47,734 nt of DNA from a virus (Duplodnaviria > Caudoviricetes). The stretch covers positions 1-47,734 of IMG/VR virus record IMGVR_UViG_3300014208_001203; one strand, written 5' to 3'. The notes beneath the pieces were generated by a model. That model was not told the origin of the DNA, did not search any database, and was given only the letters and a program-made list of their open reading frames with translations. A program made the translations under genes and the position numbers. Below are positions 47,411 through 47,734 of the stretch, in pieces; the stretch's first letter is position 1; the number at the start of each line of letters is the position of its first letter.

Positions 47411-47734
47411 TTAGTTTTTTCCAATATTGCTTATTGATTTAAGCTTATCAAGTTCTCTTTTTACTATAGCAGCTTTCTCATAATCTTCGTCTTGTGTATA
47501 TTTTTTAAGTTGAAGTTCTAAAATTGCTATTTTATTTTTATTCATTTGTTCATTGTTCTGATTTTTTCTCACCTTAGCTCTTTCTTCATCATTTTCATAA
47601 AATGCTATTTCATATAATATACATTGAATAGCTTCATATAGAGTAATTCTCGTAGCAGCTTCAAAAAACTGAAAAGATCTTTCATTGTTTTCATCATCTT
47701 CATTTTCCATTTCTTCGTCATCTTCTTGTTCTTC
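47411..47734 (-). CDS. Hypothetical protein with C-terminal UVR motif (5'-partial)
   Basis: EDYEKAAIVKREL; frame open to the window end. Confidence 0.65.
   Translation of the reverse strand, partial: EEQEDDEEMENEDDENNERSFQFFEAATRITLYEAIQCILYEIAFYENDEERAKVRKNQNNEQMNKNKIAILELQLKKYTQDEDYEKAAIVKRELDKLKSISNIGKN

Overview
This is an AT-rich, gene-dense, mostly minus-strand region that reads as part of a large (jumbo-type) phage genome, probably infecting Bacteroidota. That assignment is an inference from the gene mix: ATP-dependent ligase, RecD2, homing endonucleases, SmpB, Prs, PurA, NadD, an ECF sigma and many short hypotheticals. No capsid or terminase gene lies in the window. Five things stand out. 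(1) Positions 1-4840 hold an integron-like array of TAAC...GTTA hairpin sites. Their geometry is non-canonical, genes run antisense and occupy both cassette bodies and hairpin loops, there are empty and promoter-only cassettes, and a second nested class of inverted-repeat unit is present. (2) A complete diversity-generating retroelement (RT, TR, two small VR-bearing targets, no obvious avd) lies at 41-43.5 kb. (3) An RlmN/Cfr-like radical SAM enzyme is split, with its AACGQL tail encoded by a separate unannotated 43-aa gene two genes downstream. (4) A strict AAC-N16-CGTA promoter motif occurs 14 times. (5) Three RHH-plus-endonuclease modules are inserted against the direction of transcription. 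All alignments and counts were done by hand.
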